Assembly: GCA_951406725.2 (NCBI GenBank)
Contig: OX597827.1
Location: 72,788,001-72,852,000, forward strand
DNA from: Octopus vulgaris
Lineage: Eukaryota
Length of the DNA: 64,000 nucleotides
Direction of reading: 5' to 3'
Each line of letters opens with the position of its first letter. The first letter of the stretch is position 1. The notes beneath the pieces were generated by a model, which was given only the letters and a program-made list of their open reading frames with translations, made no database searches and was not told the DNA's origin. Made by a program: the position numbers and the translations under genes. This document shows, piece after piece, positions 36,935 through 51,054 of the stretch.

Positions 36935-37925
36935 TACGACAGGCTTCTTTCAGTTTCCGTCTACCAAATCCACTCACAAGGCTTTGGTCGGCCCGAGGCT
37001 ATAGCAGAAGACACTTGCCCAACATGCCACGCTGTGGGACTGAACCCGGAACCATGTGGTTGGTTAGCAAGCTACTTACCACACAGCCTGCGCCTACGAG
37101 TTTAAAAATTTTTTTTAGCTTAATCAATGTTCTTTCCAACCAACTGGACAAACTTATTCTTCAGAATAACAAAATCAAACGAAACCAATACAGCTAGAGC
37201 TTGAACTGGAAATCATAAACTGTTAAATGCAATCCTCAAACTAATTTCGTTAAATTCATATACCATTCTTAAGAATCGGAGTTAAATTGACATTAGTAAT
37301 ATCAAGGCAGAAATTCAAGACAAAAGGTTATTTAATCTAGCTTTTACACTCACTAACTTAACGGTGTTTTCTGAAAGAGATGACGATGTAATTATTGTTA
37401 CCGTCACAATGTACAATGCACAAGATGTCATGTTCTCACCACATTCCTTTCTCCCTAAACAACTTTCTCTTCGATTTCTCTGGAAAATAAAAGTAGCTGT
37501 GCAAGTGACTGCTAATCAAACAACGAATGTTTGTTTAGCTTTTTGTCGTGTTTCAATGCAATGGAATGTTGTCTTAAAAGAAGACGAATTCTTTAAAATA
37601 TTACGCAAAGTCCATTGCGCAGTTGACTACTTATAGCATGCACTGGATATACTCATTGATTGCTAAAACGGAGGGTCGTCGAGAATTCTAACAAATTGTG
37701 AGAAGTGAAAGATTTTACGAAGCTTCTAAGTAAAGCAAAAACATTGTTATCTTTATTAAATTATACGTTGTAACAGGCAAAACTGAAAATCTCTATTCAT
37801 ACCTATCCGTTTATGCGTGCGCGTGTATGAGAGAGAAAGAGAGTATACGTATATCTTTATGCTTTGTGGTGCTCAGTCAAAAATTCAAGAGCACTCAACT
37901 ATATGAATATAAAGTGAGAGCGTAA

Positions 37926-38303
37926 TCTATATATATATAAAAACTGAAGTTGTCTGTGTGTGGCGTGTTTGGTAGCCTTCAACTAACACTATCTCCTCCG
38001 AGACCAAAATTGAGAGTATGATAGAAGGAGGCTTGCTCTTCCTTCCGTAGAAGAAAAAAATTCAAATCGGACCATGTTAACACCAAAAATTATTTACATC
38101 AAAAAGGTGCTTTTTTTTTCTATGAAAATCCCGATTTTTTACGATTTTTTGACAGCTGTGTCGCCATTTTTCGGTGTATTTCAACCAGAAAAATGTTCAC
38201 TTAATTAAAATAACAAGCTACATAAGGCAACATTTTTACTTTTCAAAAATTGCAATTCTAAAGGGTCGAAACAAACCCGAGCAACGCCGGGCGATACCAC
38301 TAG
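37926..38303 (+). mobile_element. Full-length non-autonomous Helitron (378 bp)
   Basis: A|TC start, subterminal hairpin CCCGAGCAACGCCGGG, CTAG|T end, no TSD. Confidence 0.8.
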
Positions 38304-39208
38304 TATAGTTTAAGAACGATCATATTGACTAACATTTTCTCTAACTCGGAGTTTCGTGCAAAGCATCGCATTACATTCTTCAGACATGCACGTTTTGGAT
38401 TTAAGTTCAGCTCTACCAGAAATGGCTGCTGCGGAGGTCTTGCGCTCAAAACGAGTGTAAAGCTCTGATTTGCACGAAAATCGAAACCATGGCCATCGTT
38501 TGTTTGTATGATCGTCATTAATACACACATACACACTAGGGTATCGATTGCCATGGTGTCTAACAATCTAATGCTGGGAGATTATGGGATCTTTTCTCTT
38601 TGATCGACAGATTTAAAAAATAATTTCTTTCTAACTACTTTTAAACTTCGTATACTGGTAGAATGTGTTACATAAAACATCTTTTTCTCTTGGCTTTCTT
38701 GAGAAAATTCTGTAGTTTGTAAGCTATTTGTTGTTTAATTTCTTGCATTTCGGCAATTTCAACCAATCAATAACGTCTATTCAGGTGAATACAATTTCTT
38801 CGGTTCTTTGTCAATATTGTAACTAAGTGACTAAATCTCCATCAAGAATATCCCACTATCCTTTACGGAATAGGGACCATAAATGTCAAGCCTTTAAATC
38901 TTAGAACACCGTTGTCCACAATCGGATGGCCAAAGCTGCTTCGTTCAGTTGTTGCTCCATTTCGTAAATCTGTCTAGATGGATTACGAAGTGACATGAAT
39001 GTGGTTAATCTGTTAGAATTAGCGGCCAAATTTCCCATAAATAATATCTCCCATTTTAAAAAGAGAAGGATACGTTTTTAATGTATAAAAAGAAGAAGAA
39101 AAAGGAATCTTTTCTTTTTGACGCACACAATTCTGTTTTATTGACTATTTCTACTCAGATGAGGTTTTGTATGCTAATTTAAAAAAAACAAAAAAAAAAA
39201 AACATAAC

Positions 39209-39485
39209 CACAGCTCTTCAATATCCTCCCGAAGAACCTAAGAGACTTGCATGGGGTGGATGCAGATGTCTTTAAAATGAAACTGGATCTCTTCTTGTCA
39301 GGTGTCCCAGATGAACCAACTTCACGGCAGGAGGTGCAGATGAGGGCAGCTGCATCGAACTCTCTCATGCACCAGATAGCAATTGCTAAAAAGCATTCGT
39401 GAAGTAAAATCATGTAGCAACACCAAATGGCGGTGCCCCAGCATGGCCACAGCTTGTGAGCTGAAACTAAATAAAAAAAAAAAAT
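39209..39485 (+). mobile_element. LINE 3' end (CR1/L2 group) with A-rich tail
   Basis: LFNILPKNLRDLHGVDADVFKMKLDLFLSGVPDEPT... The 3' end resembles the family A SINE tail. Confidence 0.65.
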
Positions 39486-41224
39486 AACCATTTTATTTTC
39501 TCGGAGAAATTAATAATTGCTTCTCGACATAAAGCCAGCAGTTTTGTGTGGAGAAAATTAGTCAGTTCCATCGTTCCTAGTATTTGATTGGTACTATATA
39601 TCTTATATTGGTTTCAAAGTTTGGTACAAGGCTAGTAATTTGAGGGGAGGGGCTAAGTCGATTACATCGACCCCAGTGCTTGAATAATACTTATTTTATC
39701 GACTCCGAAAAGATAAAAGGTAAAGCCAACCCCGATGGAATTTGAACTAAAAGACGGACGAAATGCTGTTGAGTATTTAGTCCGGCGTGCTAACGATTCT
39801 GCCCGCTCATCTTACTTATACACATTTTATATTAGTAAATATAAAATGCGTGAATTATTGTTGTTTAATCCCGAACAAGCAGATTTATGATTGAAGACGT
39901 TCTAGTCGTAACCATCCGGTTTTTTCTTTTCAGGACTACATTAATCAATGTATCCTCTATTTTTTTACAGAATGAAAGGAGTGATTTGAGGGAGATTTGG
40001 TTATTATTTCTAGCATATAAAGCGACTACGAAGAAGCTTCTTCGTATTGGCGAGGTGACTTCTTCATATAATGTCACTGACGTAGAAACAATGATGCTGA
40101 ATGGAACTCTTTCCATTACCAAGATCAATCTTGCGTTCAAAATCATTTCAACCGTGACTATCCCGTCGTTTTTTCTCAAGGAAGGGTATAATTTCCATGA
40201 AAGGATAAATAAGAAAAGTTGACCCTGGCGGGATTTGAACTCATTACGGAATCCACTATTTGTTATTTGTTGTCATAGCAACAAATGTACTCTTAAAATA
40301 GGGTTCGGGTTAGGGTGGGGTTAGGATATAGGTGTAGGGTTTGCAAAATTCCAGAGTAAATGTTAATTTGAGGTTTAATTTCTTTAATATAAAGTTGGGA
40401 TTTACGTAATGTCACTTTTTTGAAAAAAAAAGAGCCTAAAACAAAAAAAAACTTTTCCATAATATCACAGCGGTGTGGTGAAAAAGGATCCCATAAAAAA
40501 AGGAGAAAAAACAAAACGAAGACAGGTTTTAGTGAAGGCTGAAAGGAATGCTTTTGATGATAGGTTTGCTTGTTCAGAGCCGACTTCAACAATTTCTTCT
40601 CAATAGCAATAAACTACTTCATAGGGGGTAGATTAGTAGAATCGTTAGAGTGTCCAACAAATTGCCTATCTGTGTCCACGCCTTGTGTTCAAATCTCGCC
40701 GAGGCCAACTTTTCTTCTTCACGTAGATCGATGATCGATATTTTCTAATAATATGAATGAATAATTATAATAGACGGATCAACAACGATTTTGAATTACC
40801 TCCCTTTAACATCATTCACATATATATCTCCTCCTCCCACTCCTCAATGCCTTATATAATCATTCTTCATCCGCCTCCCATTCACTATTTCCTCCCCCTT
40901 CCTCTTTGTTTACTTATTTCGCAGTTACTTGCCCCTGTTTCATCCCGTGACAGACAACATTACCAGATCGCCGTCGTCCTCCAGAGAAAAACCCATATCT
41001 TTGTCAACGATAACTGGTTGAGAGATTAACCACAAGTCGTTTGACCTTTACACCCTTTCTTTTAATTATTTTTTTTACAAATCAACTCTTTATCTCATGA
41101 AGAACTGAATATTTTGTTTCACAACTCTAAAAATATTCCATTTCTTTCACGCAAATTTGGAACATAACTATTTGGAACATCCTCAACCACCGCGGCATAG
41201 AATTATTTCAACCAAACATCAAAG

Positions 41225-41333
41225 ATGCCACTACCAACCAGACCCATGGTCCCCGAGGTTATGGGAGACGTTGCTGCTAGAAATACACATAAAATGGCCA
41301 TCACTCGAGATTATATCTCACAACCAAGACTTA
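41225..41333 (+). CDS. ATP6V1B: V-type proton ATPase subunit B, exon 1: MPLPTRPMVPEVMGDVAARNTHKMAITRDYISQPRL
   Basis: AAAG-ATG context, conserved RDYISQPRL, GTAAGT donor, phase 1. Confidence 0.9.
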
Positions 41334-44300
41334 GTAAGTACTATTTTGTATTATGCCATTTCCTTAGTCTTAGAAAAAAGGTGGGACACCTGCTAGAAGC
41401 GACAGTAGAATCCCTTAAGTCATACCTTTATCGTCTTTAAAAAAACAACCCCCAAAATATAAGAGACATGTTGTATATTAGAGACGTATATTTATGTAAA
41501 AAAAGACAGAATGATTACGGCTGAAGCCATTTTTCTGATCTTGGTACTAAACAACAACAATAATTTATTGGGAAGGGCTCCATTCTGCAGTATTGTTTCT
41601 ATATCAACTCCATTACATCTCGCCAATAAGAGAGAGAGAGAGAAGGAGAGAGAACTTCTACGTGGTCACTTGATATGCTAGAAATAATGGCCATATCTAC
41701 CTCAAATAACACCCTACAGTCTTTAAAAAAATAGAAAATACATTGGATATGTAGTCTGTAAAAAAGAAAGGCTTGATGGCCACCGCTGGAACGCCTCCGA
41801 TCATGTGTCTGCTAGTTCAGGATTAAACACCAATAATATACATTTTATATTTATTAATCATTATTCATAATATTTTTAATAATCGACTAATATATGTGTG
41901 TGTCGTGCACACACACACACAAATATACATGTGTATGTGTATAAATCTGTATTTATGTATGTGTGAATGTATATGTGTGTGTATATATATTATATATATA
42001 TATACATACACACACATCGTTACTGAGCAAATAAACCATTATCTTCGCTGTTCTACATTAATTTGCCGACACAATTATCTGCTTTCATTCGTAATGTCTT
42101 GTTGCGGGAAAAAAAATGCATTTTGTTTGTTTATTTGTCCTTTATATTGCTTAATTGCAATAAAAAGAGGGGGGCCTCAATCAGTGTTCAACAGGGATGT
42201 AACACAAGCGAAGCTGAAGACCTCATCTTCGATGAAGCAATATTTACAATTGTAGTAGTAGTTTCAAAGGATGACTAGACATTTAGTGGGTAGCGTCAGT
42301 CGATTAAATCGACATGGCCCTTTATTTTATCGATACAAAAGATGACCGGACAGATTTGACCTCGCTGGGATTCGAACTGAGAACGTAAAATGACGCGACT
42401 GAATACCCGCAAGGCATTTTTATCTGACGTATTCAACGATTCTGTCAATCCTTAATAATGATTTCTGGTTCCGGCACAAGGCCAGCTGGGGTTTTGTTGA
42501 TAGCATCGACCCCAAGTACTTGACTGGTGGGATGAGGATAAAAAGCAAAGTTGGTTGACCTCGGCGAGATTTGAACTTCGAAAGCAAAGAGCCGGAACAA
42601 ATGCCGCAGAGCATTTTCCTCGGCGCTCTAGTATTCCGCATTGTTACCCTAGTTTGGATGAACATTCACATCACACCACACTATCTTCCCCGTGTGTATG
42701 TGTCAGAGAGAGAGAGAGAGAGAGAGAGTCTTATATAATGTGTGTGTATGTGGGTTTCTAAAATATACCACCATGCTTGAAATAGCAGTCAAAACTTGAT
42801 TCTAGAGTCAAGCTTTGACTGCTATTTCAAGCATGAGAGTATCTTCTAGATGCCCTTATTTATAATTTTAATAATTATAACCTATAAGTTTTTTTTCTTC
42901 CCATGCTGCCACTTGATTTTAATCGTTATTGGAATAACGATCTTATCCTTATTTATATAGGAATTTATACACACACATATATATAAACAGATATATATGT
43001 GTACCCACTCTATTGACAAAATGTACGAGTATATATATTTTTCTAAGTTCTTAGACGACCACTATATATATATATTTTTATGTATCTTCCCCCTTTACGG
43101 CGGTGAATCTATTTGGTGCTGCTCTCTAAATCTTGTGATATGATAATGGTTTTTAGATTCGTGTGGGTGGAGAAGGATTTCACTTAATTTATGTCGTCTC
43201 AGGTTGATATCCTGTTGTATTTTGTCTGTTCTAATTACTATTGTAATTATCATTAGCATTATCACTACTACCATTTAGCATTATCGTTTCACCGAAAACT
43301 AGGTCTTTGAATGCCGTTGTGTCGAAATTCCTGGTATTTTTCTAACAAGTTATATTTCTTAGTATTCTCACTGTTGTTACCCTAGCCTTGTGTCTAATTA
43401 AAAACAAATATTGATCCAAAGATTGATCGTTACAACCTCGGACAAAATGCCTTGAGGGGTTTCGTCCGGTTCTTTACGGTCCGTGTTCAAACCCCACCGA
43501 TATTAGTTTTACTTTTTATCCTTTCGGAGTTCGATTAAATAAACTATCAATCAGTCAAGTACTGGAGTCGATTTAATGAACTTCTTCCGAATTTCTGACC
43601 TTGTCGTTGGCTATGTCCGAAACAGCTTATTATTGTTAATTATGAAATTCATTAATCATGACGATAGCCAGGTGATTGATTATACACGCCGCACTCACGT
43701 ACATCAAGTGTCTGGTGTGAGAATCCGCTTTCCTTGGTGCAGACGTTTTATGATTTGGTTCTTAGAAGGAGCAAATGGAATAATAACGAACAAATTTGAC
43801 CATTGTGTACTACTGATACTTAATTTTTGTTTTTTTCCTATTGTGGTGTTGTTTGTATTTCTTTTGAAGAATGCACCAAGAAACATCAGCTACCAATCAT
43901 ATATACAACCCTTACATCAGGTTGTCCAGTGTTTCGTAACCCCCTCTTTTTTTTTTCTATCTCTGTCCCTCACCTTTTAGCGGTTCACAACCTAAATTCT
44001 CCGCCCCCACCCCACCCCACCCCACCCCAGCACATGATAATCAAGAAGATAGCGTTGTATATGATAGATTTTATTCATAACATCCTTAAAATCATTATGA
44101 AGTAAAAAAATAAAAAAGACCGAATAATATTAAATGTTCAGCCTAAAAAACACGCCACCTTAGTTGGAAGATACAAATATCCTTCTGGAATCCTGATATT
44201 TCCCTTGGGTTAAGGATTGCGTTTTTTTGCCATTCCTTTACCTCCGCCCCGCCCCCTTCTTTGTGCTTTCTCTCTCTCTCTCTCTCATATGTGTGTATGT

Positions 44301-44635
44301 GTAGTAGTAACTAAGTTAAGAGTATAAGTCCAGTTGTTTAATTCCAGGTGAGCTCTGAATGAGTTGACCTTTATCGGCCGCCTGTCCGGTCATGAACATC
44401 TTGTCTTTATTTCACACCCTCCATCGTAGGTGTTATGTCTTTCCCTTTTTTTCTGAAGTCTTGCGTATAATTTAAAAGAATGTTTTTCGTGGGGACAAAC
44501 GTTTCGGGACTGACCCTTCACCCGAGAAAAATAGATTACACACACACACACATTAAAAATGAGGAAGTCCGGTTTATGGAATTCGAGAGAACGGACACTA
44601 AGTGTGGGTGGGTCCTAAAACGTCAGTTTTCTCTT

Positions 44636-45040
44636 GGCAGAACCGTTAGCACGCCGGGCGGAATGCGTAGCCGTATTTCGTTTGCCGTTACGTTCTGAGT
44701 TCAAATTCCGTCGAGGTCGACTTTGCCTTTCATCCTTTCGGAGTCAATTAAATAAGTACCAGTTACACAGTGGAGTCGATGTAATCGACTTAATCTGTTT
44801 GTCTGTCCTTGTTTGTCCTCTCTGTGTTTAGCCCCTTGTGGGTAATAAAGAAATAGGTATTTCGTCTGCCGTTACGTTCAGAGTTCAAATTCCGCCGAGG
44901 TCGACTTTGCCTTTGATCCTTTCGGGGTCGATAAATTAAGTACCAGTTACGCAGTGGAGTCGATGTAATCGACTTAATCTGTTTGTCTGTCCTTGTTTGT
45001 CCTCTCTGTGTTTAGCCCCTTGTGGGTGGTAAAGAAATAA
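44636..45040 (+). mobile_element. Dimeric family B SINE
   Basis: Head plus body, then the junction AAAGAAATA-GGTATTTCGTCTGCC, then a second body. Confidence 0.8.
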
Positions 45041-45846
45041 GTTTTCTCTTCTCCCTTTGGTCGACTTTCTCCGAAACCAACGGAGTTACGAGACAGTGTA
45101 ATATATATATATATATCCCCTTTATTGCTGCATATTGATCTTAAGTATAAATTACATCTGCAGTCCCTGCATTTCATTCGATTACGTTGTTGATGGCATT
45201 GGATTTAAATGAAATAATAATAATAATAATAATTAGCCTCGAACGCCACGCATTCACATGTCTTTGTCAATCAGCCTGAAGACATGTCCTCATCTAAGAA
45301 TTAATTTTTAATATAATCGAAATTAGACCCAGCTCCTCATTCGTTCAACTGCTTTTTCGTGTGACGTTGTTTAGGTCCATGTCAGCACTAATTAATCAGA
45401 TCTCTGATTGAAGGCATTTTCAACAGTGGCCATCCCGACTTTGTATATTTAGGACTACGTTGTTGTTGTTGTTGCTGTTGCTGTTCAATGTATCGTTCAC
45501 TTTGAAAGACAGTTGAATGTGATTTGAGGGAATTCGGTCGCTACTTTTAGCTGCTCAAAGGTGTGATGTTAGCACATATAGCTGGGCACACACACACACA
45601 CACTGCATTTTTATGAGTATTGTACCGTTAGCGTTAAGGCACAGGTGGTTTCTTCCTAGTTGGAATTTGATCCACTCTATTGTGATGATATTAAATGGAA
45701 ATAGGTTGGCTGCTACTACTGCTAATACCACCACCACCACTACTACTACTACTACTACTCTTGAGCTCAGTATTGACTTAGTCTCTGCCTCACCTCTGTT
45801 TACACAATAATTGCTATGCACCCTACCTTTTTTCTTTTTTGGTTCA

Positions 45847-45885
<39 letters not shown>

Positions 45886-46285
45886 AGCAGTGTATTTGTA
45901 TATATATATTTATATACATATATAACTATGTGTACATACGTATATGTTAGACACATATGCATACATCTGTGTGTATGTGTAGTATACATGTTAACTTAGT
46001 GGTTTCGTATGAAATTTTTAAAATTCATTTATGCTGTTATTTGCAAAGCTCATAGATGTAAGCTAATGTTATGATAGTCTCCCCTATGTAATTTATACAA
46101 GGTACAGCTGTTCATGAAGTTTATTATTGACTGGTTTGGGGAGATTTAAACAAATGGCACAATTATCTCTCTCTTTCTCTCTGTCTGTGAGCAGGAAAAG
46201 AGATGTCTACCTAGTTGGTTTTGGTCCATTTTGGACAACTCATTATAGACTGTACAGCCACCTGTTTCAGTTCTAAAAGAGAGAT

Positions 46286-46318
<33 letters not shown>

Positions 46319-47415
46319 CATCATTATTATTAATCTCTTTATTGCCCACAGTAGGACTAAACATAGAGGGAACAAACAAGAACAAAGGGATTAAGTTGAT
46401 TATATCGACCCCAGTGCGTAACTGGTACTTATCTAATCGACCCCCAAAAGGATGAAAAGCAAAGTTGACCTTGGCAGAATTTGAACTCAGAATGTAAAGA
46501 CTGACGAAATACCTATTTCTTTACTACCCACAAGGGGCTAAACACAGAGAGGACAAACAAGGACAGACAAAAGGATTAAGTCGATTATATCGATCCCAGT
46601 GCGTAACTGGTACTTATTTAATCGACCCTGAAAAGATGAAAGGCAAAGTTGACCTCGGCGGAATTTGAATTCAGAACGTAGCGGCAGACGAAATACCACT
46701 AAACATTTCGCCCCGCGTGCTAATGATTCTGCCAGTTCGCTGCCCTAATTATCGTTATCATTAAAGACTTCACTAAACTGGAAAATCTGATTTGTATAAC
46801 TAATGCTCCATTGACAGCTGGTTCTATAAATTATTCATGTATCCACAGTCTGTGGAGAGATATTTTAAATAAGATGAAAACTGTTTAGGCCAGTCCTTAT
46901 TTTTCTGCCCTTCGGGAGATCTTTTATTTCTTTCTATCAATGGACTGCAACCATGCTGGATCACCACTTGGATGAGTTTAATCAAACACATCAACTCTAG
47001 TATTTATTTTTAAGTCCGATACTTATTTTATCAGTCTCTTTTGCCAAACAGCTGTCACAGAGACGTAAATAAACCAACACTGGTTTCAAGCAGTGGTGGA
47101 GAACAACAAAGATGCACACAATGTATATAGATATGTGTGTGCGTGTGCGTGCATATATATATATATATATATCATCATCATCATCATCATCGTTTAGCGT
47201 CCGCTTTCCATGCTGGCATGGGTTGGACGGTGCAACTGGGGTCTGGGAAGCCAGAAGGCTGCACCAGGCCCAGTCTGATCTAGCAATGTTTCTACAGCTG
47301 GATGCCCTTCCTAACGCCAACCACTCCATGAGTGTAGTGAGTCTATATATAGACCCACTACACTCATATATATATATATATATGTGTGTATGTATATATA
47401 TATAATGTGTGTATG

Positions 47416-47448
<33 letters not shown>

Positions 47449-47695
47449 ATGTATATATATGTGTGCATGTGTATATATACTCTTTACTCTTTTACTTATT
47501 TCAGTCATTTGACTGCGGCCATGCTGGAGCACCGCCTTTAGTTGAGCAAATCGACCCCAGGACTTATTCTTTGTAAGCCCAGTTCTTATTCTATCGGTCT
47601 CTTTTGCCGAACCGCTAAGTGACGGGGACATAAACACACCAGCATCGGTTGTCAAGCAATGCTAGGGGGACAAACACAGACACACAAACACACAC

Positions 47696-47740
<45 letters not shown>

Positions 47741-48954
47741 TACGACAGGCTTCTTTCAGTTTCCGTCTACCAAATCCACTCACAAGGCATTGGTCGGCCC
47801 GGGGCTATAGCAGAAGACAGTTGCCCAAGATGCCACGCAGTGGGACTGAACCCGGAACCATGTGGTTGGTTAGCAAGCTACTTACCACACACACACACAC
47901 ACACACATAAATCCTTTGACTCATGAGTCAACTACCAAAGAGTCACTCTTTGACTCATGAGTCAACTACCATCCAACTGAGGTTTGTTGTACATCAGTCT
48001 TGCGGCATATTTGAGCCAACTGTTACTATCAGCAGGACCAAAAAGTATGATTAGTCCAACACAAGCCATTTCTGCTTTAAACCAGTCACCGAGTGGGTTA
48101 CCCAGAGGATTTGCTTGTCCATTTATCTTCATCATCATTTAACGTCTGCTTTCCATGCTGGCATGGGTTGGATGGTTTGACTGAGCACTGGCAAGCCAGG
48201 AGGCTGCACTAGGCTCTGATCTTATCTGACAAGGTTTCTACAGCTGGATGCCCTTCCTAATGCCAACCCCTCTGAGAGTGTAGTGGGTGCTTTTTATGTG
48301 CCACCGGCATTGAGAGGTGGGGGTGGCAGTCAGGTTATTTCCTTATTGCCCACAAGGGGCTAAACACAGAGGGGACAAACCAGGGCAGACAAAGGGATTA
48401 AATCGATTACATCGACCCCAGTCCATAACTGGTACTTAATTTATCGACCCCGAAAGGATGAAAGGTAAAGTCGACCTCGGCGGAATTTGAACTCAGAACG
48501 CGACGGCAGACGAAATACCCCTAAGCAATTCGCCCGGCGTGCTACCGTTTCTGCCAGCTCGCCGCCTTTATGGGGTGGCAGTCAGGTGGCACTGGCATCG
48601 ATCACACAAGATCATTCCGAAAAAGGAGGAAAAATGTAATTCTTTAGGCCTCATGTATGAAATATGACAAGAGAATCCATCATATATATGTATGTGTATG
48701 TGTGTGTGTATGTGACAAGGGATTGATTGGCCTGGGGCTATAATAAAAGATTCCAAACAGTGGGACTGAACTTGAAACCACGTGGTTACAAAATGAGCGT
48801 CTGAACCATGCAGCCATGCCTCACACTGTCGCACAAGCTAAGAAAGAGGTTGGGTTTATTAATGTGTATTTAACTACTTCCTACCTTATTTGTCCTTGTC
48901 CTTCACAATATGACTTTATTTCTCATATATTTCTCATGTATACATACATATGTA

Positions 48955-49265
48955 GTGGAGGCACATGGCCTAATGGTTAGAGCAGCGGACTTGTGGTTGA
49001 GGACTTGTGGGTTCAAATCTCAGACCAGGCAATGCGTGTGTTTATGAGCGAAACACCTAAGCTCCATGTGGCTACAGCAGAAGGTAATGGCGAACCTCTG
49101 CTGACTCTTTCGCCACAACTTTCTCTCACTCTTTCCTCCTGCATCTTGCAGCTCACCTGCGATGGACCAGCGTCCCATCCAGGTGGGGAACCTATATGCC
49201 AATGAAACCAGGAAACTGGCCCTTATGAGCCAGGCATGGCTTGAGAAGGAACAAACAACAACAAA
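48955..49265 (+). mobile_element. tRNA-derived SINE, C-like head with a Meta-domain-like tail
   Basis: Head GTGGAGGCACATGGCCTAATGGTTAGAGCAGCGGAC. Body CCTGCGATGGACCAGCGTCCCATCCAGG...CCCTTATGAGCC resembles the MetaSINE domain as I recall it. Confidence 0.55.
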
Positions 49266-49972
49266 AAATACCTAGATGAGAAATATATAATTTATTTCTC
49301 ATCCCTGTTATTTGCCACGTTCCCTCACTCCCACCCCCACCATTACAGTCTCCTACAAAATATATGGGAGCTAATTAGGGAACGGCTACATGGTCTTTTG
49401 GCCTACAAGAAACAGCAGCCAAATCACACTATTTTAAAAAAAGAGGTAGACATGTTGATTATGATATGGCTTTATATACACTGTATCTGAAAGAGACAAT
49501 GACAGGATGGTCTGCTGACTTCAAACTAAACAACCCTCTCAGATCACGAGTCAATGAGTAAGGCTGTGCCTTCACTTGATTTGCTAGAAGTAGCAGTCAA
49601 AACTTTTTAAAATAACATCTCACAGCTTTGTGGGTGGGAGTGGGGAAAGAAAAAGTGTCATATTGGATAATGTAGTTCTAGATGCAGTGTCAGAATAAAA
49701 GAAGAGATGGTCGTGGCTGGAACATTTTTGATCAGAGGTCTGCTGGTTTATGGCTGATCTAGGCTAAACAGCACCACACTATGTGTTGCTTATATCTATA
49801 TAGGTAATAAATCATTATAGCTTATCTCCCTCCTTCTCTCTCCTTCACACACCCCTACTTTATTTATCAGTTTATGCTTTGTCTATGTTATCTCTTTATG
49901 TACACATTAAACATGACTTCAGTTTTTATAAAAGAGAAAAATGGATACAAGAGGTTATAGAGATTTTGCTTC

Positions 49973-50005
<33 letters not shown>

Positions 50006-50532
50006 ATCATATAGTTAATGTTTGTGTGTTGGTATATGCTGTGAAGCAGTTGTATTTTAAATTAACCTTTCAACATGGACATTTTTTTTTTCAATGTCCA
50101 TGCAAAAAATATATTTTTTATTACTTATTTTGAATCTGTATATAAGGAAGAATAAGTACATAAATTATTTTGGATCAGTCATGATTTAATATGAAGTTCA
50201 TCATCATTTAGCGTCCGCTTTCCATGCTAGCATGGGTTGGACGGTTCAACTGGGGTCTGGGAAGCCAGAAGGCTGCACCAGGCCCAGTCTGATCTGGCAA
50301 TGTTTCTACGGCTGGATGCCCTTCCTAACGCCAACCACTCCGTGAGTGTAGTGGGTGCTTTTTACGTGCCACCGGCACAGGTGCCAGACAGGGCTGGCAA
50401 ACGGCCACGGTCGGATGGTGCTTTTTACGTGCCACCGGCACATTGATAGAAATGATAATTACTGATAGTTAATGATAGAAAGCAGGAATAACATCACGAA
50501 CGAAATATTTGGTGTTCAAAATAAATGACATA

Positions 50533-51054
50533 CCGTAAATCCTCAAGTATAATCCGCATTTTTTTCCCAAAATTTAAAGGTCAAAATCCCTAGTGCGCAC
50601 TGTATACGAGGTTAAAAATGAAAAATATTTTCTAAGCAATGTCCGAGTCTCTATTTGCTGTCCGGCAATATATATTCAGACGCATTTTGTGATGTCGGGT
50701 GCGAAAATACCTTAAGCTAAGCCTGAAAGCCATGAAGTCTTAAAAGAATCATCCATAACTTGCTGTAAGCAACATTTATTAAAATAAAAGCATTCAGAAC
50801 ACTGAATAACATGTAACAAAAACAATTTGAAAACATATTTACATTCCCATATAACAGTTAAGAACATGTATGTTATTGTATTACGTATGCGTGGAAGCGT
50901 TTGTTCGACTAGGTGCTGCTGGCTTAATTATGTATGACTCAAGTTTGAGAAGGGGTATGTATTATACGCAAGGTTTAGGTTTTTCAGAGGTACAGCCCCC
51001 TAAAAATCCCCCGTGTATTATACTCAAGGGCGGACTATACTTGAAGATTTATGG
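50533..51054. mobile_element. Tc1/mariner-superfamily MITE
   Basis: TA on both sides. 25-bp TIRs CCGTAAATCCTCAAGTATAATCCGC / GCGGACTATACTTGAAGATTTATGG (22/25 match). Confidence 0.8.

Noticed and set aside
37364-37636. ORF in unique intergenic sequence (also 36425, 39865, 43576)
   Set aside because: No recognisable homology and no convincing splice or start context.
44240-44353. GC box plus CAG|GTGAGC donor as an alternative V-ATPase B first exon
   Set aside because: No open ATG-initiated frame of phase 1 leads to the donor. It cannot be supported without transcripts.
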